In this document: positions 25,733 to 34,781 of the stretch, piece after piece
How the letters are laid out: each line of letters opens with the position of its first letter
How positions within the stretch are numbered: the first letter of the stretch is position 1
Source: an uncultured virus (IMG/VR IMGVR_UViG_3300025316_000017)
Lineage: Duplodnaviria > Heunggongvirae > Uroviricota > Caudoviricetes
Reading direction: 5' to 3' (one strand)
IMG/VR virus record: IMGVR_UViG_3300025316_000017
Length of the DNA: 64,000 nucleotides
Translations under genes and position numbers: made by a program
The notes under the pieces: generated by a model
What the model was told of the DNA's origin: nothing
Database searches by the model: none
Seen by the model: only the letters and a program-made list of their open reading frames with translations

Positions 25733-27427
25733 TTGAGCGCATTAAAACAGCTAGTGGAGACACTGCACGTTGATAAGAGAACACGTGTCGCTTGTCCTGA
25801 TTGCTCGCACGAAAGAAAAAAACCAAACGAAAAAGATTTAGAGATTACACCGAAGGACGATGCTTGGGTGTACTACTGTCATCATTGTCAGGCTACTGGC
25901 AATGTGTTATTTAAAAACTATTCAAATAAACCTAACTACATGGAGCGCAATGTGATTCCACTCAGAAGCTACGAGCCAACCAGCCTTGAAACGCAACACT
26001 ACGACTTTTTAAAATCACGTGGTATCAGCCCACAAACAGCAGATGCAATGAAACTGTTTTCTGCAAAAAAATATTTTTCAAAGCTTGGCAAAAATTCTGA
26101 TGCAATTGGTTTTCCATATTTTCGCAACGGTCAATTCGTCTCCGCAAAATATCGTAGTATCGAATCAAAAGACTTCACACAAGACAACGGCGGGGCGCAT
26201 GACTTCTTTGGTATTGACCAAATCGATGCTACGTTACCAGTCATTATTGTTGAGGGTGAAATTGATGCGCTCACACTGATTGAATGTGGTTTACGTAATG
26301 TGCTTTCAGTTCCCGCTGGCGCTCCTATGAAAGTATCTGATGGCAAGATCGATGCTTCCGAAGACAAGAAGTTTTCATTCGTGTGGAACGCTTTCGAGAC
26401 ATTAAACAAAGTGCCCTACGTAACGATCGCAGTCGATACCGACTCGGCGGGTCAGGCTCTTGCTGAGGAACTGGCTCGAAGAATTGGTAAAGATAAATGC
26501 CGAATCGCCAAGCATGACAAAAAGGACTTGAATGAAGTCTTCTTGGCTGATGGTGCAGATCAAGTGCGTAGTATTGTAGAAAATGCAGAACCTTATCCTG
26601 TTGCTGGATTGTCTTCCGCCTCAAAGTTCTTTGACCGTTTAAACGAGCTATGGGACAAAGGAAATGGCAAAGGTGTTTCTACTGGCTACTCAAACGTAGA
26701 TCAGATTTACACCGTAGCGCAAGGTCAACTGACAATCGTTACTGGATATCCATCAAGCGGTAAGTCCAACTTTGTAGATCAAATGATGGTCAACTTAGCA
26801 AAGGCGCATGACTGGAAGTTTGCATTGTGTTCATTCGAGAATCAGCCCGAAGTTCATATCTCCCGCTTGATCGAAATTTACAAAGAAAAAAGATTCTTTG
26901 AAGGAACACAGCGGATGTCGCAAGAAGACAAGGAAGAAGGTTTAAACTGGGTACAGGATCATTTTTTATTTCTTGATGCTGAAGGATCTGAGCCATCAAC
27001 CATTGATTCTATTTTGGAAAGAGCAAAGATTGCGGTAGTTCGCATGGGTATTCGTGGGCTAGTGATTGATCCATACAACTACATTGAGAACAAGAGCGGG
27101 CTGGCAGAACATGAGTTCATTAGTTCAATGCTCACACGTATGCAAGCATTCGCTAAGTCATCAGGTGTTCACGTTTGGTTTGTGGCTCATCCATCAAAGA
27201 TCACACGCTCAGGCATGGATTTACCACGTCCTGATGGCATGGCGATCTCAGGCTCGATGGCTTGGTGGGCGAAGGCTGACTGCGGTTTAACTGTGCACAG
27301 AACTAAAGATCATGGGGTAGAGATTGCGGTTTGGAAGTGTCGTTTCCGTTGGGTTGGAACACAGGGTGAAACAACGCTTGGATATAACAAGGTGACTGGA
27401 ACGTATTACGAGCAAGAAGCATTTTGA
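25733..27427 (+). CDS. Primase-helicase (T7 gp4/Twinkle-like)
   Basis: CPDC/CHHC Zn finger, TOPRIM EGEID/DTD, Walker A GYPSSGKS, VIDPYN, VAHP. Confidence 0.9.
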   Translation: MSALKQLVETLHVDKRTRVACPDCSHERKKPNEKDLEITPKDDAWVYYCHHCQATGNVLFKNYSNKPNYMERNVIPLRSYEPTSLETQHYDFLKSRGISPQTADAMKLFSAKKYFSKLGKNSDAIGFPYFRNGQFVSAKYRSIESKDFTQDNGGAHDFFGIDQIDATLPVIIVEGEIDALTLIECGLRNVLSVPAGAPMKVSDGKIDASEDKKFSFVWNAFETLNKVPYVTIAVDTDSAGQALAEELARRIGKDKCRIAKHDKKDLNEVFLADGADQVRSIVENAEPYPVAGLSSASKFFDRLNELWDKGNGKGVSTGYSNVDQIYTVAQGQLTIVTGYPSSGKSNFVDQMMVNLAKAHDWKFALCSFENQPEVHISRLIEIYKEKRFFEGTQRMSQEDKEEGLNWVQDHFLFLDAEGSEPSTIDSILERAKIAVVRMGIRGLVIDPYNYIENKSGLAEHEFISSMLTRMQAFAKSSGVHVWFVAHPSKITRSGMDLPRPDGMAISGSMAWWAKADCGLTVHRTKDHGVEIAVWKCRFRWVGTQGETTLGYNKVTGTYYEQEAF

Positions 27428-27486
27428 TCAACCTGCAATTTCCTAATTGCATCCTCGTTTAAACGTTCTATCTGGATACGGGATTT

Positions 27487-27645
27487 ATGGATTATTCACA
27501 AGATTTTTTGGATTTAAAAAAGGCATTAACGGATTATCAAAATGCTATGAACACAAGGCGCTATGCCGATGCATTTGAAATTGGATTGCAATTAGTAATC
27601 CATGCACGAATGTTGAAGATCGTGGCGCAAGATTTGGCAGAATAG
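27487..27645 (+). CDS. Small hypothetical protein (52 aa, not in ORF track)
   Basis: MDYSQDFLDLKKAL...AQDLAE*. Confidence 0.55.
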   Translation: MDYSQDFLDLKKALTDYQNAMNTRRYADAFEIGLQLVIHARMLKIVAQDLAE

Positions 27646-27677
27646 AAAAAGCCCCCAAGGATTTCTCCAAGGGGGCT
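27646..27677 (-). terminator. Intrinsic terminator at convergent junction
   Basis: Minus strand AGCCCCC-TT-GGA GAAA TCC-TT-GGGGGCT followed by T-run. Confidence 0.75.
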
Positions 27678-27683
27678 ACCAGC

Positions 27684-27983
27684 TTAATAAGAATGATCGT
27701 AAGCCCACTCGGTGGCAGTGGCGATCTCTTTTGCATAACATTGTTTTAATAGATCCAGCAGATCAGCATCCAAGCCGTTGGCTAGGCAAAACAGGATGTG
27801 CTTCTGATGATGCACCACGTTCTCGGTAATGAAGTCACTACCAGCGGGATCGTAGTGATCGCAAGGCTCACCAGTCTCACAGGCATGAATGATTTCCCAT
27901 TCGATTTCATTCCATTGGTCTGCACGATTACACTCATCCTCCATGTAATCATCAGCCAAGCTTTGTAAATATCTATCACTCAT
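27684..27983 (-). CDS. Hypothetical early protein
   Basis: ORF with GGAG SD. Confidence 0.55.
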   Translation of the reverse strand: MSDRYLQSLADDYMEDECNRADQWNEIEWEIIHACETGEPCDHYDPAGSDFITENVVHHQKHILFCLANGLDADLLDLLKQCYAKEIATATEWAYDHSY

Positions 27984-28161
27984 CATCTTCTCCTTCTTCA
28001 TCATCACCATAGTCATCATCGTTGTAGCGCTCTTCCCAGTAATCCGAGAATTGCTCTATAGCATCGCTGACATACGTTGGCACATAATTACTAACGTCAT
28101 TTTCAGTGCCATCATCCCAAACTAACTTCAATTCCCATCTAACAATTTTGCTCATCTTCAC
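27976..28161 (-). CDS. Hypothetical acidic early protein
   Basis: ORF with AGGAG SD. Confidence 0.55.
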   Translation of the reverse strand: MKMSKIVRWELKLVWDDGTENDVSNYVPTYVSDAIEQFSDYWEERYNDDDYGDDEEGEDDE

Positions 28162-28345
28162 GCTCCTTTAGTAATTTGAAAACTTCATTGGACAACTGCA
28201 CTTGCACTGCTTGCTTGGTACTGCGTTTAAACTTCTCAGGCGTATGCCGTCCACCATGCTTTGGCGTATACGCTAACGTCTTCACAACTGGGTTGATTGG
28301 TTTAATTTTCACGTGCGCCTTTCTTTGGGAACTGGCTCGAATCAA
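28139..28345 (-). CDS. Hypothetical basic protein
   Basis: NPVVK...GGRH motif; overlaps neighbours. Confidence 0.5.
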   Translation of the reverse strand: MIRASSQRKAHVKIKPINPVVKTLAYTPKHGGRHTPEKFKRSTKQAVQVQLSNEVFKLLKEREDEQNC

Positions 28346-28569
28346 TGAATGATCTCGCCATCATCAGGCAACTGCTCTTTGTAAAGACCAGTAATCATGA
28401 TGGATATATTGCGAATAAGGGATTGCTCTTGAAAAGAAAAGAACAATCCCACCTTGGCTATAGTCAACCCCAAGGCGGGGAGGATTGTCTCGACTGGCAT
28501 ACCATCGATTAACTCACCTATCCCCGCCATCAGGTTATCTACTTCATCTGCTTGATCTTCAATGCTCAT
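28342..28569 (-). CDS. Hypothetical protein
   Basis: ORF with AGGAG SD. Confidence 0.55.
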   Translation of the reverse strand: MSIEDQADEVDNLMAGIGELIDGMPVETILPALGLTIAKVGLFFSFQEQSLIRNISIMITGLYKEQLPDDGEIIH

Positions 28570-29375
28570 TACCGTAACTCCTTGAGTAGTTTGTTGAATG
28601 ATGCTGATGCCAAGCCACTGACATTCTCAACATTCTCACCACTCGTGAAGCATTGGTCAACCGTAGTGCGACCGATACCGATTGCCACGATCTTGACACC
28701 GAGCTTGTCTGCTACTGATTGCAAGTGTTTCATATGCGCCTTGCAGTAGCCATCCGCATCAGTGATCAAGAACAAGATCTTGCGCTGTGCATCCTGACGA
28801 TACAGATCCTCAATCGCTAGGCTCAGTGCTGAGTAGTCAGGTGTTGATGACTGCGCCCACTGGCGAATCGATCCAAGCTTTGCCGATGCCTTGGCTAGAT
28901 TTTCTTTCCATGTTTTGAATGGAATGAATCTCACGTGCTCAGTACGAAACGCATCGCCACGCTTAGTCGCACCGCTCTCGTCTAAAGCTTTGAGACTGGT
29001 GTTGCCATGAAAGCCTGTGACGTTGAACTCGACACCAGCCTTGTCTAAGATGCGTGACAACTGGATCGTAATGGATTCAGCGATGACGATCTTGTTATCC
29101 TCCTCCATCGATCCTGAGCAATCGATCAAGACTGACACCGAAGACTTAACAGCATCAACGTGTTGGCGCTTACTAAACACCGCTGTGCTACCGCAAGCAA
29201 ATCGTGTAAACGCTTTACGATCAACCTTGCCTGATTCCTCGTGCGTTGACCAACCAACCAAGTCAACTGAACGTAGCAAGCGTAGGATGTTTGCACGTGT
29301 TGCACCAAGCCCGCTGGTCTGCGTATTGAACTGGGCTGAGAAGTTAGTCTCGCATTCTGCTTTGTTGAGAATCAT
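28569..29375 (-). CDS. VWA-domain protein (CobT C-terminal-like)
   Basis: MIDAS DCSGSM, T and LITDAD; GGAGG SD before ATG 29375. Confidence 0.8.
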   Translation of the reverse strand: MILNKAECETNFSAQFNTQTSGLGATRANILRLLRSVDLVGWSTHEESGKVDRKAFTRFACGSTAVFSKRQHVDAVKSSVSVLIDCSGSMEEDNKIVIAESITIQLSRILDKAGVEFNVTGFHGNTSLKALDESGATKRGDAFRTEHVRFIPFKTWKENLAKASAKLGSIRQWAQSSTPDYSALSLAIEDLYRQDAQRKILFLITDADGYCKAHMKHLQSVADKLGVKIVAIGIGRTTVDQCFTSGENVENVSGLASASFNKLLKELR

Positions 29376-29376
29376 A

Positions 29377-30414
29377 TTACCTCCATGAGAAATGTGAATA
29401 CTGTGGCTTACCAACAGCGGGGATCGGTCTAACCTGATCAGCTTGTGAACGATGTTGCTTTAGTTCTTCACGAATGAAATCATTAGGCTCAACCTCACGA
29501 CCACCATCATACGACTTACCACCACCACGCTTAGGATCTTTGCTTGGCTCGTCACCTTGCTCATCACCTTGGTTACCATCTTGATCGCCGTCCTGATCAC
29601 CAGCCTGATCACCACCCTGATCACTAGGCTCATCACCCTTGTCACCAGCCTGATCGCCTTGCTCACCCTTGTCACCGTCTTGCTTAGGTGCTGGATTAGA
29701 GTTATCAGGTTGACCATCATCACCACTGGGCTGACCCTCCTGATCGCCCTCGCCTTGACCAGCATCCTCGTCTTGCTGTTTGATGCGCTTGAATAATTCA
29801 ACAGCAATCTTGACGATCTCGCTTGTGTCGCTGGCTTTGTTTGCACGACCGAGCGCCCAGTGAATATGCTTGGCATAGATCGAATCATCAATGATGTTTG
29901 GAACGTCAATCACATAACCGTTTAAACGTCTACCCTCAACAGCAAGCACAAACGGAATGTTCTTTGCATCATTGGGATCAACGTAGCCATCACGATCCAG
30001 TACCGAGTTAATCAGATTGCCAAACAGTGCACGTGCGTTAGGCGCATGACCTGATTCGATTACCAACTTTTCGATGCGTGGATCTTCAAGACCGTTGATC
30101 AGGTTACCAACGAACGCACCGTAGCGCTTACGTGCCAAGTCCCAAGGCTTATTCGTTGTGAACCATGCGTGACCCAACTCATGCAACGCATACCCGATCA
30201 GGTTATTAAACGTGGTCTGAGGGATCTCAGCGCTCTCGTCAACCGATGGGAAGATCACCGTTGCATCTAAGTGATCATCACCATAGCGATTGAATTGAAT
30301 GCCAGCAGTTTGACCAGTCCATAACACGTTAAGACTACCGAATTTAAACGTGCTGTTATGGAACACACGCTCAAGGGTTGTAGCGACCCCACGCTTTACA
30401 TTTAGTCCGAGCAT
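29377..30414 (-). CDS. Zincin-motif protein (CobT N-terminal-like) with acidic linker
   Basis: HELGH...NGLEDPRIE; Gly/Asp/Gln-rich linker. Confidence 0.75.
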   Translation of the reverse strand: MLGLNVKRGVATTLERVFHNSTFKFGSLNVLWTGQTAGIQFNRYGDDHLDATVIFPSVDESAEIPQTTFNNLIGYALHELGHAWFTTNKPWDLARKRYGAFVGNLINGLEDPRIEKLVIESGHAPNARALFGNLINSVLDRDGYVDPNDAKNIPFVLAVEGRRLNGYVIDVPNIIDDSIYAKHIHWALGRANKASDTSEIVKIAVELFKRIKQQDEDAGQGEGDQEGQPSGDDGQPDNSNPAPKQDGDKGEQGDQAGDKGDEPSDQGGDQAGDQDGDQDGNQGDEQGDEPSKDPKRGGGKSYDGGREVEPNDFIREELKQHRSQADQVRPIPAVGKPQYSHFSWR

Positions 30415-30423
30415 AAAGCCCTC

Positions 30424-31854
30424 CTATTTGGTTAAGAATGATTTCAGATTAGCGATGTCAATCGTTGCACTGAATACACCACGCAATTCGCTTTCACAAT
30501 CAGCGGGGAACTTATTCACGATTGCATTCTCGAATGCAACTGCGACTGGTGCGCCCTTTTGAATTGCTCTAGCCCATGCGAACAACTGACGTAAGCTTGG
30601 GGGCTGTGTCAGGATTCCCGCTCTCGCTTTCTCACGTGCTACGTTGGCAAACTTGATGAGGATTTCACCAGCATCACGATTCAAGCCAGTTCTGTTGCAA
30701 ACGAGATTGATCTCATCATCGGCTGGCAGATACTCGAAGCGCAACGTGTAAGAGAAGCGATCCAAGAACGCAGTATTCTGATCACGCACACCAGCGAAAT
30801 TGCCTGACGTATCTCCATGACCGTTACTGTTATCAGCACCAAAGAACACCACGTGTGATGCAACTGGAATGCGCTTGCCTGTCTCAGCGATCACAATCGA
30901 ACGGTGTGGGCTACGCTCACACAGTGCGTGTAATACAGCCAAGTTCTGTGCACGTGCGAAACCGATCTCATCGAGCAACACGATAGCGCCTGTGTGCTGT
31001 ATCGCTTGGGTAATGACACCAGCTTTCCAAACCACGTTACTGTTCTCGATCGTATTGCCACCGATAAACTCAGCACGTTCTAAAGCTTCATCAAAGTTCA
31101 CACGAAACAGCTTGCGACCAAGACGTGATGCCAACTGCGCTACGAACTCAGTCTTGCCTGTGCCACGCTCACCAGCCAGCCACACGTTGTCAGGCAATGG
31201 ATCATCGAGAGCGATCAAAGCTTGATGCAAGTGCTGAGGATTAAACACGTAGTCATCGACACGAGCGGGAGCATCAGGATCATTCCACACACCGACCTCG
31301 AAGTCTGAGAAGTCAACGACCTCACCAGCGTATTCATACGAGAGCACACCATCGAACACGTCACGTGCTTTCTTGATTTGAAACACTGGCAATGCATTGG
31401 CAATCTCAGTGATCCGCTGTGCGGGTTCTGTCTTGCGGAACTTCTCGAACACCTTGGAAACTTCTTGCGCAATGTCCACCGATGCAGTCTGCCCAACGCT
31501 TGAAAGCTTTGCGTTTAAACGGTCAGTCAACTTGGCAAAGTCCTTGTCGATCTTGGTTTGAATCTGCAAGGCATTGTCCAGCGCATTGTTGGCAGTCGTA
31601 CGAATTGCATCAACGTCTGACAGCGCTCTGTTGATGTCCTTGCGAACGTCATCAGATACAGCGCCAGTGCGATTGATTGCGCTAGGCTTGGTCGCCTTGA
31701 CCTGATCCAAGGTGACGATGCCAGCATCGATTAACTGCTCGATCTTGGCAACGGCGATAGCCTTGTCAGGCTCTACATCATGGTGACCCTGTACCAGTAC
31801 TTCATTGAGAACTGACAGCGGGATAAGGGATAAAGTTTTTGTAATTGTACTCAC
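30424..31854 (-). CDS. MoxR/CbbQ/CobS-type AAA+ ATPase
   Basis: GERGTGKT, LLDEI, N..G.GD...AFLDRF, SLRQL. Confidence 0.85.
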   Translation of the reverse strand: MSTITKTLSLIPLSVLNEVLVQGHHDVEPDKAIAVAKIEQLIDAGIVTLDQVKATKPSAINRTGAVSDDVRKDINRALSDVDAIRTTANNALDNALQIQTKIDKDFAKLTDRLNAKLSSVGQTASVDIAQEVSKVFEKFRKTEPAQRITEIANALPVFQIKKARDVFDGVLSYEYAGEVVDFSDFEVGVWNDPDAPARVDDYVFNPQHLHQALIALDDPLPDNVWLAGERGTGKTEFVAQLASRLGRKLFRVNFDEALERAEFIGGNTIENSNVVWKAGVITQAIQHTGAIVLLDEIGFARAQNLAVLHALCERSPHRSIVIAETGKRIPVASHVVFFGADNSNGHGDTSGNFAGVRDQNTAFLDRFSYTLRFEYLPADDEINLVCNRTGLNRDAGEILIKFANVAREKARAGILTQPPSLRQLFAWARAIQKGAPVAVAFENAIVNKFPADCESELRGVFSATIDIANLKSFLTK

Positions 31855-31864
31855 GTGATTCTCC

Positions 31865-32431
31865 TTAAACTAAAGCAAAGTTATGTGAATCGATTGGGCA
31901 TAAAGGCAAGCCCTGATCAGCCCACGTCTTGGTGATACGAATGGTGTAGCCACACTTAGAGCACTGCGCCTTGAGCATACGTGTTGACTGCTTCTTGCGA
32001 TCGTGTCCAACGTTTAAACGAGCATGAGGATATTCACCGAGCGAAGCAATCAAGCCACCGAAGTTATCTCGGAAAGCTTGACCGATTTGCGTACTGCTTG
32101 GCTTACCCTCAAGCCACACCGAACGAACTGCATGGGGAAACCGTCCACGATGACCATCCCCATCGGTTGCTGAATGGCACAACTCGTGAACGAGAATGCC
32201 GAACACTTCAAACGGATCAGATACAACTGGAGAGATCAAGATCTCGTGGGTTGCATCCTCACTGGCACTACTGCTCCAGTGCTCACCGATTGCCCGATTG
32301 AGTGATCGTGCGTGTTTACTGGGAAACCCGCAAGTGACACGAATGTTTTGCGGGAGCGGATAGCCGTTCGCATCAAAGATGGAACGCAACTCATTGACGG
32401 CTGAGTTAAGCCATTCTTCACGTGTAGTCAA
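31865..32431 (-). CDS. SprT-like metalloprotein with C-terminal Zn ribbon
   Basis: HELCH...GHRGRF; CSKC...CP. Confidence 0.75.
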   Translation of the reverse strand: MTTREEWLNSAVNELRSIFDANGYPLPQNIRVTCGFPSKHARSLNRAIGEHWSSSASEDATHEILISPVVSDPFEVFGILVHELCHSATDGDGHRGRFPHAVRSVWLEGKPSSTQIGQAFRDNFGGLIASLGEYPHARLNVGHDRKKQSTRMLKAQCSKCGYTIRITKTWADQGLPLCPIDSHNFALV

Positions 32432-32443
32432 TTTGACCTCCGA

Positions 32444-32536
32444 TTAAATGTGAAAATGATTAAGCAATGCGAACGCAAGATTACCGAACACGATTGCCAC
32501 GAGTACTGCAACTGCAAGATGAAAAAGTTCACGCAT
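32444..32536 (-). CDS. Single-TM microprotein (30 aa, not in ORF track)
   Basis: MRELFHLAVAVLVAIVFGNLAFALLNHFHI*; AGGAG SD. Confidence 0.55.
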   Translation of the reverse strand: MRELFHLAVAVLVAIVFGNLAFALLNHFHI

Positions 32537-32544
32537 AAATTCTC

Positions 32545-32826
32545 CTACTCGTAATGAGGTTTGGTTGATGGAAATGGTTTAGGAAAGCCCTCGTCAATCC
32601 TAAATTGATACTGACCTTGGGATAGAACAGAGTCGATGCTTGGCAGATTCTCATTCAACTCCTCTTCATAATCTTGAAGAGAAATTAAATAATCCTCCGC
32701 ATCCTCACGATGCTCGAACACACGATTGGACGAATCCAATTGAGGTTCTCCGCAAACGTAATACCAACCACCCTCTTCACGACCGCCACAAGCCTTGTCG
32801 ATTAAATACAAAGTTACTGAGAACAT
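32545..32826 (-). CDS. Conserved early phage protein (GG.EEGGWYY family)
   Basis: Motif plus P..KPHYE end; GGAGG SD. Confidence 0.7.
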   Translation of the reverse strand: MFSVTLYLIDKACGGREEGGWYYVCGEPQLDSSNRVFEHREDAEDYLISLQDYEEELNENLPSIDSVLSQGQYQFRIDEGFPKPFPSTKPHYE

Positions 32827-32835
32827 AAAGCCTCC

Positions 32836-33027
32836 TTAGTTTGAATGAGCGGGAGCAGAGCAAATGCCCTGTTCGATTAACTGTGATGCAGTACGACCAA
32901 AGAACCCTTGCAACTGCCACGCAAGACCTGAGTCAATCAAGAACTGCCAAGCTTGAATCACTTCATCCTGAGAACCCTCTTCAAAGCCCTCAGCCAAAGC
33001 CACTGCACGATATGAATTTAAAGCCAT
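32836..33027 (-). CDS. Conserved early phage protein (LAWQLQGFFGR family)
   Basis: QFLIDSGLAWQLQGFFGRTA; GGAGG SD. Confidence 0.7.
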   Translation of the reverse strand: MALNSYRAVALAEGFEEGSQDEVIQAWQFLIDSGLAWQLQGFFGRTASQLIEQGICSAPAHSN

Positions 33028-33046
33028 GTTGAATCCTCCGTTGTAG

Positions 33047-33106
33047 TGATGCAAGATCGCATCCTCGTTCGCACTGGTATGCAATGCGAACTGAGATTAA
33101 ATCTCT
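33047..33106 (-). repeat. Structured leader repeat copy 1
   Basis: 60 nt, 50/60 identical to 33266-33325. Confidence 0.85.
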
Positions 33107-33251
33107 AAGGTGAAAAGAAAAAGTTTGCTGGTACTGCACCTACCTCGGTTTCGATAGGTGTTTCGTACTTGAGAAATACTGGCTCATTGTTTTTGTCATT
33201 GCCTACCCAGTATTGGGTTGGATATTGAGTTACTGGTAATTGATTTTGCAT
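33105..33251 (-). CDS. Small early protein (48 aa)
   Basis: MQNQLPVTQY...; AGGAGG SD. Confidence 0.6.
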   Translation of the reverse strand: MQNQLPVTQYPTQYWVGNDKNNEPVFLKYETPIETEVGAVPANFFFSP

Positions 33252-33265
33252 AAAACCTCCTGTAA

Positions 33266-33325
33266 TGATGCGAGATTGCATCCTCTGCCCCACTGGTATG
33301 CAATGGGGCATGAGATTAAATCTCT
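33266..33325 (-). repeat. Structured leader repeat copy 2
   Basis: 60 nt with compensatory stem changes relative to copy 1. Confidence 0.85.
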
Positions 33326-33329
33326 TTTG

Positions 33330-33670
33330 AGAGCCACTTGTTTTTCTACGCTCTGCTATCGCACGTATATCCGCATTTATTTATTGACGCTCTCGGATCG
33401 CACGTCATAAAGAACCGTATCGCTACGGAGCATAGTCAACTCGCTAGGGGCGCTCATCGCCTAGGTCACAGTTCTCGTCTCGCATCTCGTTCGGTTGCCT
33501 GATCCCATCAGGGGGCAGAGCCTACTAGCCTTTGACGTACAGTTTTAAGTCCTGATATTGACTACCCTCGTTTTAGATCTGACTGGTATCAGCGATCAAC
33601 CCTTTACTTTATCCACGCACTGGTCTCTGACGTGTCGCTGGTTACTCAGCGTTTTTAAATCTACTACTAA
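33330..33670 (-). ncRNA. Candidate long structured leader/ncRNA
   Basis: Multiple hairpins including a GNRA-capped one and a long-range 7-bp stem; no credible ORF. Confidence 0.4.
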
Positions 33671-33966
33671 TGCAACAGACTCAATACTAGTACATTTGTT
33701 TAAACACGTACGACTTTTTTTTCACCAACCCCAAAACCTGCATTTTTAGCTATCAGGAGCGTGGTTTAAACCCTACAACTTAGTCAAGTATTTCCACGAG
33801 CGGGCAAAAAGCGAAGCGAACCAGCGTTTAAATTAATGTAGTGGCTCACCTGATGAGCTAGTAGGAGAGAATAAAAATATTTTGATGATCACCAGTGCAC
33901 ACTGCGAACACACTGCGAACCTCATTGACTTACAGGGTTTAAACAGTCAACATATGCGATGGTCGT

Positions 33967-34632
33967 GTGACCGTTCACAAAATGGAGATTGAATTGAAAA
34001 AGACACGAGATGAATTGATAACGATGCTGGAGGACGATGCTATTACTGTTGACGATGTTCGCACTAGCACAACGCAAGCGGGCACGAATAGCGAAGCGAT
34101 ACAGTCGGCTGTAGATAGAGTAGTAGTAAAGAAAAAGAAGAATGGATTACCAGTAGGAGTAAAGACAGATAGAACTGGAAGAAAGCCTAATAAACCAACT
34201 GCCAAGATGTTGGCATTCGCATCCTACGTGCTCAATGGTGATGCTCCGAGAGAAGCTTATAGAAAGGCTTATGACTGTAGCGGTAGTGCTGATGCCACGA
34301 TCATTGCACGTGCGAACGAACTGATGCGACACAGCTCGATCACTTTACTTCTTGAACCTTTGATCACTGCCAAAAAAGAATTGGTACTTGCGAACGAGAT
34401 AGCTACACGCAAACACATCATGGAAGAACTGTTTAAACACAGTGACAACGAAGAGACGAACGTAGGCGCAAGACTGCGAGCACTGGAGCTGATGGGCAAG
34501 GCTGTTGGTATGTTTATCGATAAGGTCGAGACCAAGGTCGAAGAGATCAACGCAGAGCAACTCAAGCAAGAACTCGAATCACACTTAACACTGCTCGACA
34601 ACGTAACGTCAATCAAAAAGAAATCAGCGTGA
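33967..34632 (+). CDS. Probable terminase small subunit
   Basis: AF...V..G....EAYRKAY...A.EL; ARLRALELMGKAVGMF; upstream of terL. Confidence 0.7.
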   Translation: MTVHKMEIELKKTRDELITMLEDDAITVDDVRTSTTQAGTNSEAIQSAVDRVVVKKKKNGLPVGVKTDRTGRKPNKPTAKMLAFASYVLNGDAPREAYRKAYDCSGSADATIIARANELMRHSSITLLLEPLITAKKELVLANEIATRKHIMEELFKHSDNEETNVGARLRALELMGKAVGMFIDKVETKVEEINAEQLKQELESHLTLLDNVTSIKKKSA

Positions 34633-34765
34633 CGTGGGCTTGTGCGTTTGCGCTGGCGCACACCCACGATACCCCTATGCCCCCTTTTGGACGGTATGGT
34701 CGCCATTGGACTCTACACTCTGAAATACACATTTAAATATATACTTTATATATATAGGAACGTTC

Positions 34766-34781
34766 TGTTTCACGTGAAACA
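34766..34781. promoter_or_regulatory. parS: parS-consensus palindrome (ParB binding site)
   Basis: Perfect 16-bp TGTTTCACGTGAAACA, matching the widespread chromosomal parS consensus. Confidence 0.7.

Noticed and set aside
27446..27456. Third copy of the 33.0/33.3 kb leader repeat (attgcatcctc)
   Set aside because: Only 11 nt match and no flanking stem; probably chance
29377..29414. Programmed frameshift fusing the CobT-like halves
   Set aside because: No obvious slippery heptamer; the downstream ORF has its own SD and ATG
29520..29770. Collagen-like or DNA-level tandem repeat
   Set aside because: Low-complexity acidic G-D-Q linker typical of CobT-like proteins; no strict Gly-X-Y period
33330..33670. 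tRNA gene
   Set aside because: No cloverleaf with a T-loop GTTCRA and acceptor stem found
33898..33920. 11-bp tandem duplication CACACTGCGAA as iterons
   Set aside because: Only two copies and no initiator gene nearby
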